DNA from: Flavobacteriales bacterium | Lineage (GTDB): Bacteria > Bacteroidota > Bacteroidia > Flavobacteriales_D > CAJJDF01 | NCBI GenBank assembly: GCA_965655625.1 | Contig: CBFHHA010000008.1 | Coordinates: 3,742-67,741 of the forward strand | Reading direction: 5' to 3' | Length of the DNA: 64,000 bases | In this document: in pieces, positions 40,159 through 48,828 of the stretch | Layout: the number at the start of each line of letters is the position of its first letter | Numbering within the stretch: the first letter of the stretch is position 1 | Made by a program: the position numbers and the translations under genes | The notes under the pieces: generated by a model | Told to the model about the DNA's origin: nothing | What the model saw: only the letters and a program-made list of their open reading frames with translations | Database searches by the model: none

Positions 40159-42375
40159 TTATTTGCAAAATTCGTTGATGTTCAAATTATAAAATTCCAG
40201 AATCTCTTTCAGGGAATTATAAGTGTCAGTTTTATTGATTGCTAAACACGCAAAGTCTGCGACACGCAAAAGTTCGGTTTTAACTAAATTTCTTTCCATT
40301 TCATAACTAGTGTCTGTTGAATCAGAATTTGGAATTACTACCAAATCATGAATCGTTGCATGTGTCTTGTCCTTGTGTAACCTCAACACTCTTCCTCTTC
40401 TTTGAATAAACTGTCTTGGGTTTCCTGTACTTGCACAGAATATTGCAAGCTCTGAACGTGGTACATCTACACCTTCATCCAAACACTTCATTGAAGTGAG
40501 AACGTGTAGATCTCCCTTTTCATACTTCTCTAATACACTCGAACGATCGGAAGATCCTGATGTAAATGGGTTAACCATTACGAAATCATCCACATCTCTA
40601 ACCGCTCTTGTGTACTCGTGGATCAATCTAATATCATCGTCATCTTCCTCATCAACATCAACCTGACTGTAATCAGGTTCTAGGCCCTCGGGCACATAAA
40701 CCAAAGTATATTTCAAGTTGTCACGTTTTCTAAACTCCTCTTTCAATATCTGCTTAAAGACATCTAGTTTGTTTGCTGCTTTATGAATAATTCTTTTGCG
40801 CTTCAACAACAAGCGCTCAACCATTTCGTCCTTTTTATAAGTTCCTGTCTTAGGGTCCAAATAGTTCATTAATTGCTTGGAAATCTTGGCGTATTCTACT
40901 TGTTCTTCATCATTCAAATGAACAACATGAGGGTGGTATTCATAAGGACACAGCCACTTCATTTCAAGAGCTTTCTTCATAGAGAAAGAAACTATATATG
41001 GTGGTTCATCATTGAAGAACTCATTAATCGCAAAATTCCCAGCATCATCATATTTTCGATCGGGTGTAGCAGAAAGTCCTATTCTCTTCTGAAGATGGAT
41101 TTCTGGTAAAATCCTTAAGATACTTGACGACCCTAAATTGTGCGCTTCATCCGCAATAAACAGAGTAGAATCTGGCAGTTGTTTGAAGTGGGTTTGAAAC
41201 TTCCTCCTGGTCAAAGAAGCATAAGTGACAATTACAATGAAAGATGTATCAATCAACTTGGACGCTGTGTTGAAGAATGCTAAATTCTTATCCCAACTTT
41301 CTCTAGAACTAACTGTAATTACATTTCTAAAATTGAACTTTGCACATTCTTCCTTCCACTGCTCTACTAATGCTAATGTAGGAACAACTACTACAGCTTT
41401 ATACGTTTTTTTATCCCCACTTTTCTGATATTCGTTCAGCAAGCAATTCAGCGAGGTAATTGTCTTTCCAGTTCCGGTTGCCATTGCAAAGACACCTTTA
41501 TATCCATTCTTGACCCAATTTTCATACGCTTCTTGCTGGTATTCGCGAGGACCTGTTGGGTATGGGAATTTAGGTTCACGCATTACTCGTTCGAACTCAG
41601 TATGAATGTATTTAATGGTCTTTTGAAGTTTCTTATTATCGAAAGAACTTGCTTTTCGTTGAATAAGGTCGTCTTCTTGTATTATCAGTTCATCGATATC
41701 AGGACTTCCAAATTCACTCTTTATTGCAACTTTTACTTGATCAATATCTAAGTAGTTTACTATTTCAGATTTACCTGAAAAGATATCCTCAAAATCCTTC
41801 TTCTGACGAGCAATCATTTTACTCGATCGTGAGTTTTCCCAGCTAAGAAAAGCGTCGAGTTCTTCAAGGTTCTCCAATAATCCAAATGCAGTAAAATTGC
41901 ATGAAGCCTTAAACCCAACAACGTCATTACCATCTGAGAAAATTCCACTTTTATAATGAACAATCCCTTTTCGCCCCTTTGGGGTAACAACTTTAATTTG
42001 AATTCGGTCTTGTGAAATCAAATAAGATAAACATTGAAAGAAATGGGTCCCATAATCGTCCAACGAATCTTTTAGTCTTCGAATATCTCTTAAATCGATC
42101 GGAGCATTTTCAACTTCACTTTCTTGTCCTAGCTTAATTGCTTCTTTGTCTTGTTCTGAAAGAATATTGTTCACTACAAGCCTTAAAACTCCTCCGTTAT
42201 GGATGAATTTTGCGAACCCCAAAGAAAGAACGTTGATCGCAGCTGAACTGAAGTAACCGAGTAGTAGATCAATTGATGTACTGTTGTTTAAACCATTCAA
42301 ATAGAATTCTAGGGGTTCATTTTCTGAACCTGTTCTGTAAGACCTATCTTCCGACCAACCTACTTCTTTAAGCAT
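40159..42375 (-). CDS. PLD(HKD)-nuclease / SF2 DEAH helicase fusion, phosphorothioation-system restriction-enzyme-like
   Basis: HKD-like motif HYKSGIFSD...GFKASCNFT. Helicase motifs: I AMATGTGKT, II FIADEAHNL, III GLSATPDR, VI QRRGRVLR. The start overlaps the cysteine desulfurase stop by 8 nt. Confidence 0.75.
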   Translation of the reverse strand: MLKEVGWSEDRSYRTGSENEPLEFYLNGLNNSTSIDLLLGYFSSAAINVLSLGFAKFIHNGGVLRLVVNNILSEQDKEAIKLGQESEVENAPIDLRDIRRLKDSLDDYGTHFFQCLSYLISQDRIQIKVVTPKGRKGIVHYKSGIFSDGNDVVGFKASCNFTAFGLLENLEELDAFLSWENSRSSKMIARQKKDFEDIFSGKSEIVNYLDIDQVKVAIKSEFGSPDIDELIIQEDDLIQRKASSFDNKKLQKTIKYIHTEFERVMREPKFPYPTGPREYQQEAYENWVKNGYKGVFAMATGTGKTITSLNCLLNEYQKSGDKKTYKAVVVVPTLALVEQWKEECAKFNFRNVITVSSRESWDKNLAFFNTASKLIDTSFIVIVTYASLTRRKFQTHFKQLPDSTLFIADEAHNLGSSSILRILPEIHLQKRIGLSATPDRKYDDAGNFAINEFFNDEPPYIVSFSMKKALEMKWLCPYEYHPHVVHLNDEEQVEYAKISKQLMNYLDPKTGTYKKDEMVERLLLKRKRIIHKAANKLDVFKQILKEEFRKRDNLKYTLVYVPEGLEPDYSQVDVDEEDDDDIRLIHEYTRAVRDVDDFVMVNPFTSGSSDRSSVLEKYEKGDLHVLTSMKCLDEGVDVPRSELAIFCASTGNPRQFIQRRGRVLRLHKDKTHATIHDLVVIPNSDSTDTSYEMERNLVKTELLRVADFACLAINKTDTYNSLKEILEFYNLNINEFCK

Positions 42376-43549
42376 TGAGTGAAATTCTAATTAAACTATA
42401 TGGTTTCAATCTGAGAGCCTTGACAACATGTGATACGTCCATAATACTTGCATTACAAGCGCTTCCAGTAGCAGCAGCGAGTTCTTTAGCTTTCATGATC
42501 AAGAAATCTTCAGCATCTTGTTTGTTCAACGTAATACTTAAAATATGAGGTGCTGTCTTCACATTTCTAAAGTTAATAATTCCAATATTCTTCTCTTCAA
42601 AATAGGCTTGCCATTCTTTGCGTAAAGTGTTTAGTTGGGCGAAATGCTCACCGAATTCTTCAAGTGAAATCCTACATGCCTCTCCGAAGCCTACAATTCC
42701 TGGTGTATTATAGGTTCCTCCTCGCATTCCATTTTCCTGTCCGCCACCGTGCATTAAAGATTCAAGCTTTACACCACTTTTAACATAGAGGGCACCGACA
42801 CCTTTTGGGCCTTTCATTTTATGTCCGGATATACAGAGCATATCAATGTTTTCCTTTGATACACTTACTGCGATCTTTCCAACTGCCTGTGAAGCATCAC
42901 AGAAAAAACAAACATCATTTTCTCTTGCTATTTCACCAATTGCCTGAATATCTTGAATAATACCCGTTTCATTGTTTACAAACATCACACTAATCAATGC
43001 AGTTGTTTCTTTGATTGCTCCTTTGAGATCCTCTAATGAGATCAGTCCATTTTTATCGACATTTAGATAGGTTACCTCGTATCCCTTAGATTCTAAATAC
43101 TCGCAAGTTTTTAAAACTGCCTTATGTTCTGTTGTGACCGTGATGATATGATTTCCTTTTTCCGGATTGGCTTCTAAATAGCCTTTTAATGCCCAGTTAA
43201 TAGCTTCCGTGGCACCAGAAGTGAAATAGATTTCTTTTGAATCTGCATTAATGATGTTGGCTACATGTCCACGAGCCGTTTCAATAGCTCGTTTTGCTTC
43301 TTTACCATATACGTGATTGCTGCTCGCGTTCCCAAAGATCTCATCGAAATAAGGTAGCATAGCTTCTTTCACTCTAGGGTCAACTGGAGTGGTCGCTGCG
43401 TTGTCAAGGTATTTAGGTTGGTTAATCAATTCTCGGAATAAATAAAACTTTGTACTTCTTATAAGTTCTTCATCTGCTGCTCGTGATAGTTGTTTTGCAG
43501 AATATATTAATGAAATAAAACAACGTAAGATATAAAATAGAAACCACAT
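42368..43549 (-). CDS. sspA: Cysteine desulfurase (NifS/IscS class), SspA/DndA-like
   Basis: YLDNAATTPVDPRV, the PLP-lysine loop SGHKMKGPKGVGALY and GGGQENGMRGGT. The first 40 or so codons of the track ORF are atypical, so a TTG at 43429 (giving MINQPKYLDNAATT) may be the real start. Confidence 0.8.
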   Translation of the reverse strand: MWFLFYILRCFISLIYSAKQLSRAADEELIRSTKFYLFRELINQPKYLDNAATTPVDPRVKEAMLPYFDEIFGNASSNHVYGKEAKRAIETARGHVANIINADSKEIYFTSGATEAINWALKGYLEANPEKGNHIITVTTEHKAVLKTCEYLESKGYEVTYLNVDKNGLISLEDLKGAIKETTALISVMFVNNETGIIQDIQAIGEIARENDVCFFCDASQAVGKIAVSVSKENIDMLCISGHKMKGPKGVGALYVKSGVKLESLMHGGGQENGMRGGTYNTPGIVGFGEACRISLEEFGEHFAQLNTLRKEWQAYFEEKNIGIINFRNVKTAPHILSITLNKQDAEDFLIMKAKELAAATGSACNASIMDVSHVVKALRLKPYSLIRISLNA

Positions 43550-43634
43550 TTCAAATGTTAATTATAAGTATTTACCAATTAGCCTATTTTCTTAAACAAT
43601 CAGTAAAAATAAACTTTGTAATGTTTGGTTAAAC

Positions 43635-43647
43635 GGTTCTGTCGCAT
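43635..43647 (+). repeat. Solo IS6-like terminus
   Basis: GGTTCTGTCGCATCTGT is a perfect 17-nt inverted copy of the right end of the 30582-30732 unit. Confidence 0.8.
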
Positions 43648-43690
43648 CTGTTTTTAAATTTACACAAAATAGTTGTTATTAAAAAAAATT

Positions 43691-43841
43691 GGTTCTGTCG
43701 CATTAATTATTTTTTAAACGTTTTTCACTAAAATCGCCCTTCCTTCAAAAAGTTAAATCACCAATAAACAAAGCTTTAGGTTTTTCAATCTTTACCAAAA
43801 ACGGCAAAAATCAGTCGGTTTTTGTTTAATGCGACAGAACC
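43691..43841. mobile_element. 151-bp MITE-like unit
   Basis: GGTTCTGTCGCATTAA ... TTAATGCGACAGAACC. Its interior is related to the 49839-49989 unit. Confidence 0.7.
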
Positions 43842-44284
43842 TAGAAAAGAAGTTAGCAAGACTTGAGGAACGATTCGTTTTTGAAGAAATAAATAAGGCT
43901 CAATACGAAAAATTCAAATCTAAACTCACCCAAGAAAAAAATGAAAAACTAAACTTTTCTGAAAAAGTTGGATATAATTTATCGAACCTAGAAAAAGCGC
44001 TAGAAATAGCTCTCAACAAAGCTCCGGAACTACCTTCATTGTGGACAAATGGAAATTTAGCAGAAAAAAGAAAGATTCAAAAAATGGTATTCCCTGATGG
44101 AATTGAATATGACCATAAAAATGATGAATATCGAACTTTTAGAGTGAATTCCTTTTTCTCCTACATCCCAGTAATATCAAAAGAATTAGGCCATAAAAAA
44201 ACCGGAAAGTTTCGTGAGAAAACGAAAAATTCCGGTTTAGTACTCGAGACGGGACTTGAAACTATATATTTATCCTTATTGTAG
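43829..44284 (+). pseudogene. 3' remnant of a large serine recombinase gene
   Basis: LEKKLARLEERFVFEEINKAQYEKFKSKL...NLEKALEIAL...LWTNGNLAEKRKIQKMVFPDGIEYDHKNDEYRTFRVNSFF resembles the coiled-coil and C-terminal region of Bacteroidota large serine recombinases. There is no resolvase catalytic domain upstream, and the apparent ATG lies inside the MITE terminus. Confidence 0.5.
44237..44260. repeat. attL: 24-bp copy of the tRNA-Leu 3' end
   Basis: TTAGTACTCGAGACGGGACTTGAA is identical (24 of 24) to 51349-51372. Confidence 0.9.
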
Positions 44285-44448
44285 AACATCAAGAAACATT
44301 GAGAAAAACCTTTGTAAACAATGGAATAGTTACTATAATTAACAAGTAGAGGCATTGTGTAAAATAGTATAACATTGTAATAAATTCATTTTTACTGTTC
44401 AATTACTGTTCAATTTTTATATCTTTAATTATTCAAATATCAAATTCA

Positions 44449-45768
44449 ATGGCGACAATTAAATTTTACTATCGGTCAACAAAAGAAACGGCAAATATTA
44501 CCCTTAGATTAATGCATCAAGTTTCAAAAGAAGAAATAATAAGCATTTACGGAAGAACTAACTTCAGAATAGAGAAATCGACTTGGAATGAAACAAGAAA
44601 AAAAACTATAAAAGATGCCGAATTAAGAAATTCAAAAGTTGACATAGAAAAAGAATTAACCAATTTAGAAAATTTTGTTCTCACAAACACTCCTGCTGAT
44701 ATAACAGAGATTAACAAAGAATGGTTAACCGATACAATTAATGAGTATTATAATCCTATAAAAGAACACAAAAACACGGTTGAATATTGGGTACAACATT
44801 TTATTGATAACTCACATACATTTGACAATCCAAAAGGAGGAATCGGACTTGGTAAAAGTAGAGTTGACAGTTATAAGGCATTAAAAAAAACGTTAATTTC
44901 TTTTAATAGTAAATTGACATTGATAGACTGTAATAAAAAAACATTTGACGACTTTAAAAAATGGTTAATTAAGAAACAATATTCGCCTACTACACTATAT
45001 AAAAAACAATCGGACTTAAAAACTATTTGTATTTATGCTCAATCGGAGGGTATGGAGGTATCTCAACAAATTCACTCAATCAAAATCAAAAAAGGGAATC
45101 CATACGAAGACGATATGGACGTTATTACATTAACCGAATTAGAGATTGGTAAGATAGAAAAACTTAATCTTAAAAGGTTATCCTTAATAAATGCGAGAAA
45201 GTGGTTAATATTGGCATGTTATACTGGGCAAAGAGGGCAAAGACTATTAAACAATATCAAAAAGGAAAATTTTAAACCATATAAAGACGATTTAATTATC
45301 AGGTTTCAACAATCAAAAGGAAACAAAACGGTAACAATTCCGGTTTTACCAAAAGTAAAGGATATCTACAATAATGGTTTACCTTATGAAATTAGTCTTC
45401 AGAAACTTAATACCTATTTTAAAGAATTAGGAGAAAAGGCAGAAATAAACGAACCGACTATTGGAACAATTAGAGAAAGTATAGAAGTCTCAAAAGGTAA
45501 GAGTATTCAAAGAAATGTAAAAAAAGAACGTGAAAAATGGAGGTATATCTGCTCACACATAGGAAGAAGAACATTTGCGACTAATCACTATAATAAACTA
45601 CCTACTACACTAATTATGAGGGTTACGGGTCACGGGAAAGAATCCGACCTACTTACATACATAAACCAAAAGAATGACGACCACTTGGACGTATTTTTTG
45701 ACTACTATAAAACCAAAGAAGAAGAAAAAGAAACTCCAATAAAGCAATTAAAAACAGTAAACAAATAG
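44449..45768 (+). CDS. int: Tyrosine-type site-specific integrase
   Basis: Bacteroidota integrase architecture: N-terminus MATIKFYYRS.. (Arm-binding type) and a catalytic region with ...LACYTGQRG..., HIGRRTFATN and VTGHGKESDLLTYI. Confidence 0.85.
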   Translation: MATIKFYYRSTKETANITLRLMHQVSKEEIISIYGRTNFRIEKSTWNETRKKTIKDAELRNSKVDIEKELTNLENFVLTNTPADITEINKEWLTDTINEYYNPIKEHKNTVEYWVQHFIDNSHTFDNPKGGIGLGKSRVDSYKALKKTLISFNSKLTLIDCNKKTFDDFKKWLIKKQYSPTTLYKKQSDLKTICIYAQSEGMEVSQQIHSIKIKKGNPYEDDMDVITLTELEIGKIEKLNLKRLSLINARKWLILACYTGQRGQRLLNNIKKENFKPYKDDLIIRFQQSKGNKTVTIPVLPKVKDIYNNGLPYEISLQKLNTYFKELGEKAEINEPTIGTIRESIEVSKGKSIQRNVKKEREKWRYICSHIGRRTFATNHYNKLPTTLIMRVTGHGKESDLLTYINQKNDDHLDVFFDYYKTKEEEKETPIKQLKTVNK

Positions 45769-45864
45769 ACTTCTTGGGGTATCTGCTTTGCGTGTGTAAA
45801 GGTTAAAACAACTAATTGTTGAGGATTTTATATATTTATCACTGCAACGTGAATAAAATTTCAA

Positions 45865-46794
45865 ATGAACAACAAATTATACGTTATCAATTGTGAAAAA
45901 CCAAAAGAAACAAGAGCCCAAACTTTGTTACTAAAAACTTGCGTTGAACAGCATATTTTAAAAAATGTTCAATTCAAGATTGAAAACTTAAGATATCGAT
46001 TGAAATTTGAAAAAGACCAAAATGTATTCATAGAGCGAATAGTTGACAATTTAAAAGTGAATTTCATTAGTGAAAATTTTAAGTCATTTAAGTACAGTTT
46101 TGATTCAAACACTAACATACTGAATTTAGCATCAGGTACAATATTAGATTATATTTTTAACTCTACAGAAAAAGGTTATCCCAGATACTGTATCAGAAAA
46201 GACTTTTTTATTGTGGTTAACAACTACGTCAAACTGTTTGACTCCGAAGAACATGAGATTGTCGAACTTGATAATGAAGTTGAAATAAAAAAAACATTTT
46301 TGAAATTACATTCAAAAGAATTGAGCGAAATATCAAATTTCATACAATTAGAATACTGGTTAAAAGAACTAAACTCTAATAAAGACATGCTACCCTCAAA
46401 TTGTCAGGATAAACAAATAGATAACTCCCTATTAAAGGATTATTGTAAAACCAATAATTCAATACCAAAAGAAAATTCAACGACTACAAATGTTAAATTT
46501 ACAAAAGAGATAGATGGCGTTGTTTGCCCCGACTGGATGACTTTAAAAGGGTTTTACATTTTCAATGAATATCTTAATGTAACAACAAAAAAAAGTGAAA
46601 TGGCACTATCTTACATTATCAAACAACTAATTGAAGACAATGAAATAAGTAAAGATAAAGGATATACAGATTTTTCGTTTTCAAATTGGTTAATGGAATC
46701 ATACAATTTAGAATTAACGAAAGTTAGAAGTTTTAATGAATGTAATATCGATAGTAGAAAGTTAATATATAATACTATTGTCAAAGATTTGTAA
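45865..46794 (+). CDS. Hypothetical protein of the integrative element
   Basis: 309-aa ORF; no family recognised. Confidence 0.45.
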   Translation: MNNKLYVINCEKPKETRAQTLLLKTCVEQHILKNVQFKIENLRYRLKFEKDQNVFIERIVDNLKVNFISENFKSFKYSFDSNTNILNLASGTILDYIFNSTEKGYPRYCIRKDFFIVVNNYVKLFDSEEHEIVELDNEVEIKKTFLKLHSKELSEISNFIQLEYWLKELNSNKDMLPSNCQDKQIDNSLLKDYCKTNNSIPKENSTTTNVKFTKEIDGVVCPDWMTLKGFYIFNEYLNVTTKKSEMALSYIIKQLIEDNEISKDKGYTDFSFSNWLMESYNLELTKVRSFNECNIDSRKLIYNTIVKDL

Positions 46795-46881
46795 ACTCGG
46801 GTTAAGTACCCGAAAACCCGACCAATAGACCCTAAACTAACAATATAAATTTGGATATTATTAATTTAAATATCTAAATAT

Positions 46882-47163
46882 ATGAATGGACAAATCCAAC
46901 TAATACAATTAACCCCTAACGAATTGCAAAACGCAATTATCGAGGGTATCAATCAAAAGTTTGACGAACTAAGAAAGTCATTCCAACCCAAAGAACCGAC
47001 AGAACTATTAACGAGGTCGGAAACATCCGCACTACTAAAAATTAATCTGTCAAGTTTATGGAGTTGGACAAAGCAAGGTAAACTTGTTTCTTATTCAATC
47101 GGGAATAGGGTTTATTACAAAAGAAGTGAAGTGTTACAATCTCTTATTGAACTTAAACACTAA
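46882..47163 (+). CDS. Excisionase-family / MerR-like helix-turn-helix protein
   Basis: LLTRSETSALLKINLSSLWSWTKQGKLVSYSIGNRVYYKRSEV follows the HTH_17-type pattern; 93 aa. Confidence 0.65.
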   Translation: MNGQIQLIQLTPNELQNAIIEGINQKFDELRKSFQPKEPTELLTRSETSALLKINLSSLWSWTKQGKLVSYSIGNRVYYKRSEVLQSLIELKH

Positions 47164-47367
47164 GAATAATGAGAGCAACGCAACCACAACCCACTTATTA
47201 CAATCCCAAACTTTAAAAATTGTATTCTATAACGGTTATCACCCCGATTATAAGACGATACAAACACTTTTAAAGAATATCTAACCAAACACAGCCACAA
47301 ACAATAAAAGAGGGTGTTAAAACCCTCCTTTATTTATTCAAATGTAGTATTCAACTGCAACGCAAAA

Positions 47368-47395
47368 CCTACACCTACACCTACACCTACACCTA
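47368..47395 (+). repeat. Hexanucleotide tandem repeat (CCTACA)x4 plus a partial unit
   Basis: CCTACACCTACACCTACACCTACACCTA lies 18 nt upstream of the 47413 ORF start. Confidence 0.9.
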
Positions 47396-47412
47396 AAGAT
47401 ACAAATAATTAA

Positions 47413-48474
47413 TTGATTGACGGTTTAAACATATCGAACGAAGACAAAGTAATTATTAAAAAAATACTTTCTGTTTCTGACTTGGTTTTTCAAAAAGAAG
47501 TTGAACTATTACGAAAGGACGGAACACTATTTCAGCAACAAATACACACCTACAAAAAACTACAATTTATTTTTACTGGATGCTACATTGACGGATGTTT
47601 TGTTCCTAATAAATTAAAAATAAAAGGAAGTCTACACTACTACTGGAATAATGGCATACACAACTATAATAATTTCAATTTTAATGGTCTAAAAACGGTA
47701 GTAAATGAGTTAAAAAACAAATTCTATATAAACCCAACTGACTGGAAAATTCATTCCTTAGAGTATGGCATTAACCTAAACACAGATATAGAGGTTAATA
47801 ATTTTCTCAATCATTGTTTTTATAATGGAAATGAAAAATTTTTACGACCAATAAACAAACCATTTTTACAAGCAGGAAACACCCGAAACAATGATGTTTT
47901 ATATAAATTGTATAACAAAGGTTTTCAATTCAATAAACTAACAAATATTAACATTCTAAGGTATGAGATAAGGATAAACAACTCGAGAGCCTTAAAACGT
48001 TTGACTGAAATTTATAATCTATCCGACCTTCTAAATATAGATAAATTAATAAAATTACATTCTTTACTTATAGATAGTTTTAACGAAATATTATTTTCTG
48101 ACTTCACAATTAAATATAGTGGTTTAACTAAGGTTGAAAGAAAAAATCTAATCAAATATCAAAATCAAATTACTTGGGATAATTATAAGAATTACAGTAG
48201 TAGAAATACCTTTAACAACAACAAAAAAAAGTTCAATACACTAATTGAAAACCATTCAAAAAACATACTGAAAACTCTTTCTGACGATGTCAAAAAACAA
48301 AGTTTCAGCAACCTTAATTTAAACACTTATAAATTAGAACCATACGACAAAAATTTGTACGTATACCGAACAAGTACAGAATCAAAAATTTGTGCATATA
48401 CCTACTTATATATATACGGTAATTGCACAACTCAAAGCAAACGTAAATGTTTAGTATCTGATTCGAAACATTAA
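47413..48474 (+). CDS. Possible replication-initiation (Rep_trans-like) protein
   Basis: TTG start. IHSLEYGINLN, VLYKLYNKG and ILRYEIRINN loosely follow the Rep_trans pattern (v.rlDia.D; riYdK; vRiEl.l). It is preceded by an iteron-like repeat. Confidence 0.35.
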   Translation: MIDGLNISNEDKVIIKKILSVSDLVFQKEVELLRKDGTLFQQQIHTYKKLQFIFTGCYIDGCFVPNKLKIKGSLHYYWNNGIHNYNNFNFNGLKTVVNELKNKFYINPTDWKIHSLEYGINLNTDIEVNNFLNHCFYNGNEKFLRPINKPFLQAGNTRNNDVLYKLYNKGFQFNKLTNINILRYEIRINNSRALKRLTEIYNLSDLLNIDKLIKLHSLLIDSFNEILFSDFTIKYSGLTKVERKNLIKYQNQITWDNYKNYSSRNTFNNNKKKFNTLIENHSKNILKTLSDDVKKQSFSNLNLNTYKLEPYDKNLYVYRTSTESKICAYTYLYIYGNCTTQSKRKCLVSDSKH

Positions 48475-48603
48475 TACATTACAGAGAAGAAATCAGAGAA
48501 GTAACAGAGAGAGACAAAGCAGTTACGTTTATCAAATCATCAAGAAGCGCTTTTGAACGAGAAAGAGTTTAATAAATAGCATGAAAACACTCTGTTCGTT
48601 AAA

Positions 48604-48664
48604 TGCTTAACAATGTATTAAAAATTAAATTTATTATCTTTAATGAAGTTAATGCGACAGAACC
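48604..48664 (-). repeat. 61-bp inverted-repeat arm R, ending with the IS6-like terminus
   Basis: Its reverse complement matches 30156-30216 at 59 of 61 positions. Confidence 0.9.
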
Positions 48665-48828
48665 AATTGAAGTAACTTTTGCTAACAATGTATAAGCGGC
48701 ATTAAAACGCCTGCTTATAATAACCGTTATGGGCAAGTTTGAAACCATATCGTAAGACAAAAGATTTTACTGACAAACGAACAAGTTCATAACTATTTTG
48801 GTAAGTTAATAATATTAAAATTAGAAAA

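Noticed and set aside
44161-44355. 64-aa minus-strand ORF spanning attL
   Set aside because: It crosses the att repeat and the recombinase remnant, and shows no features.
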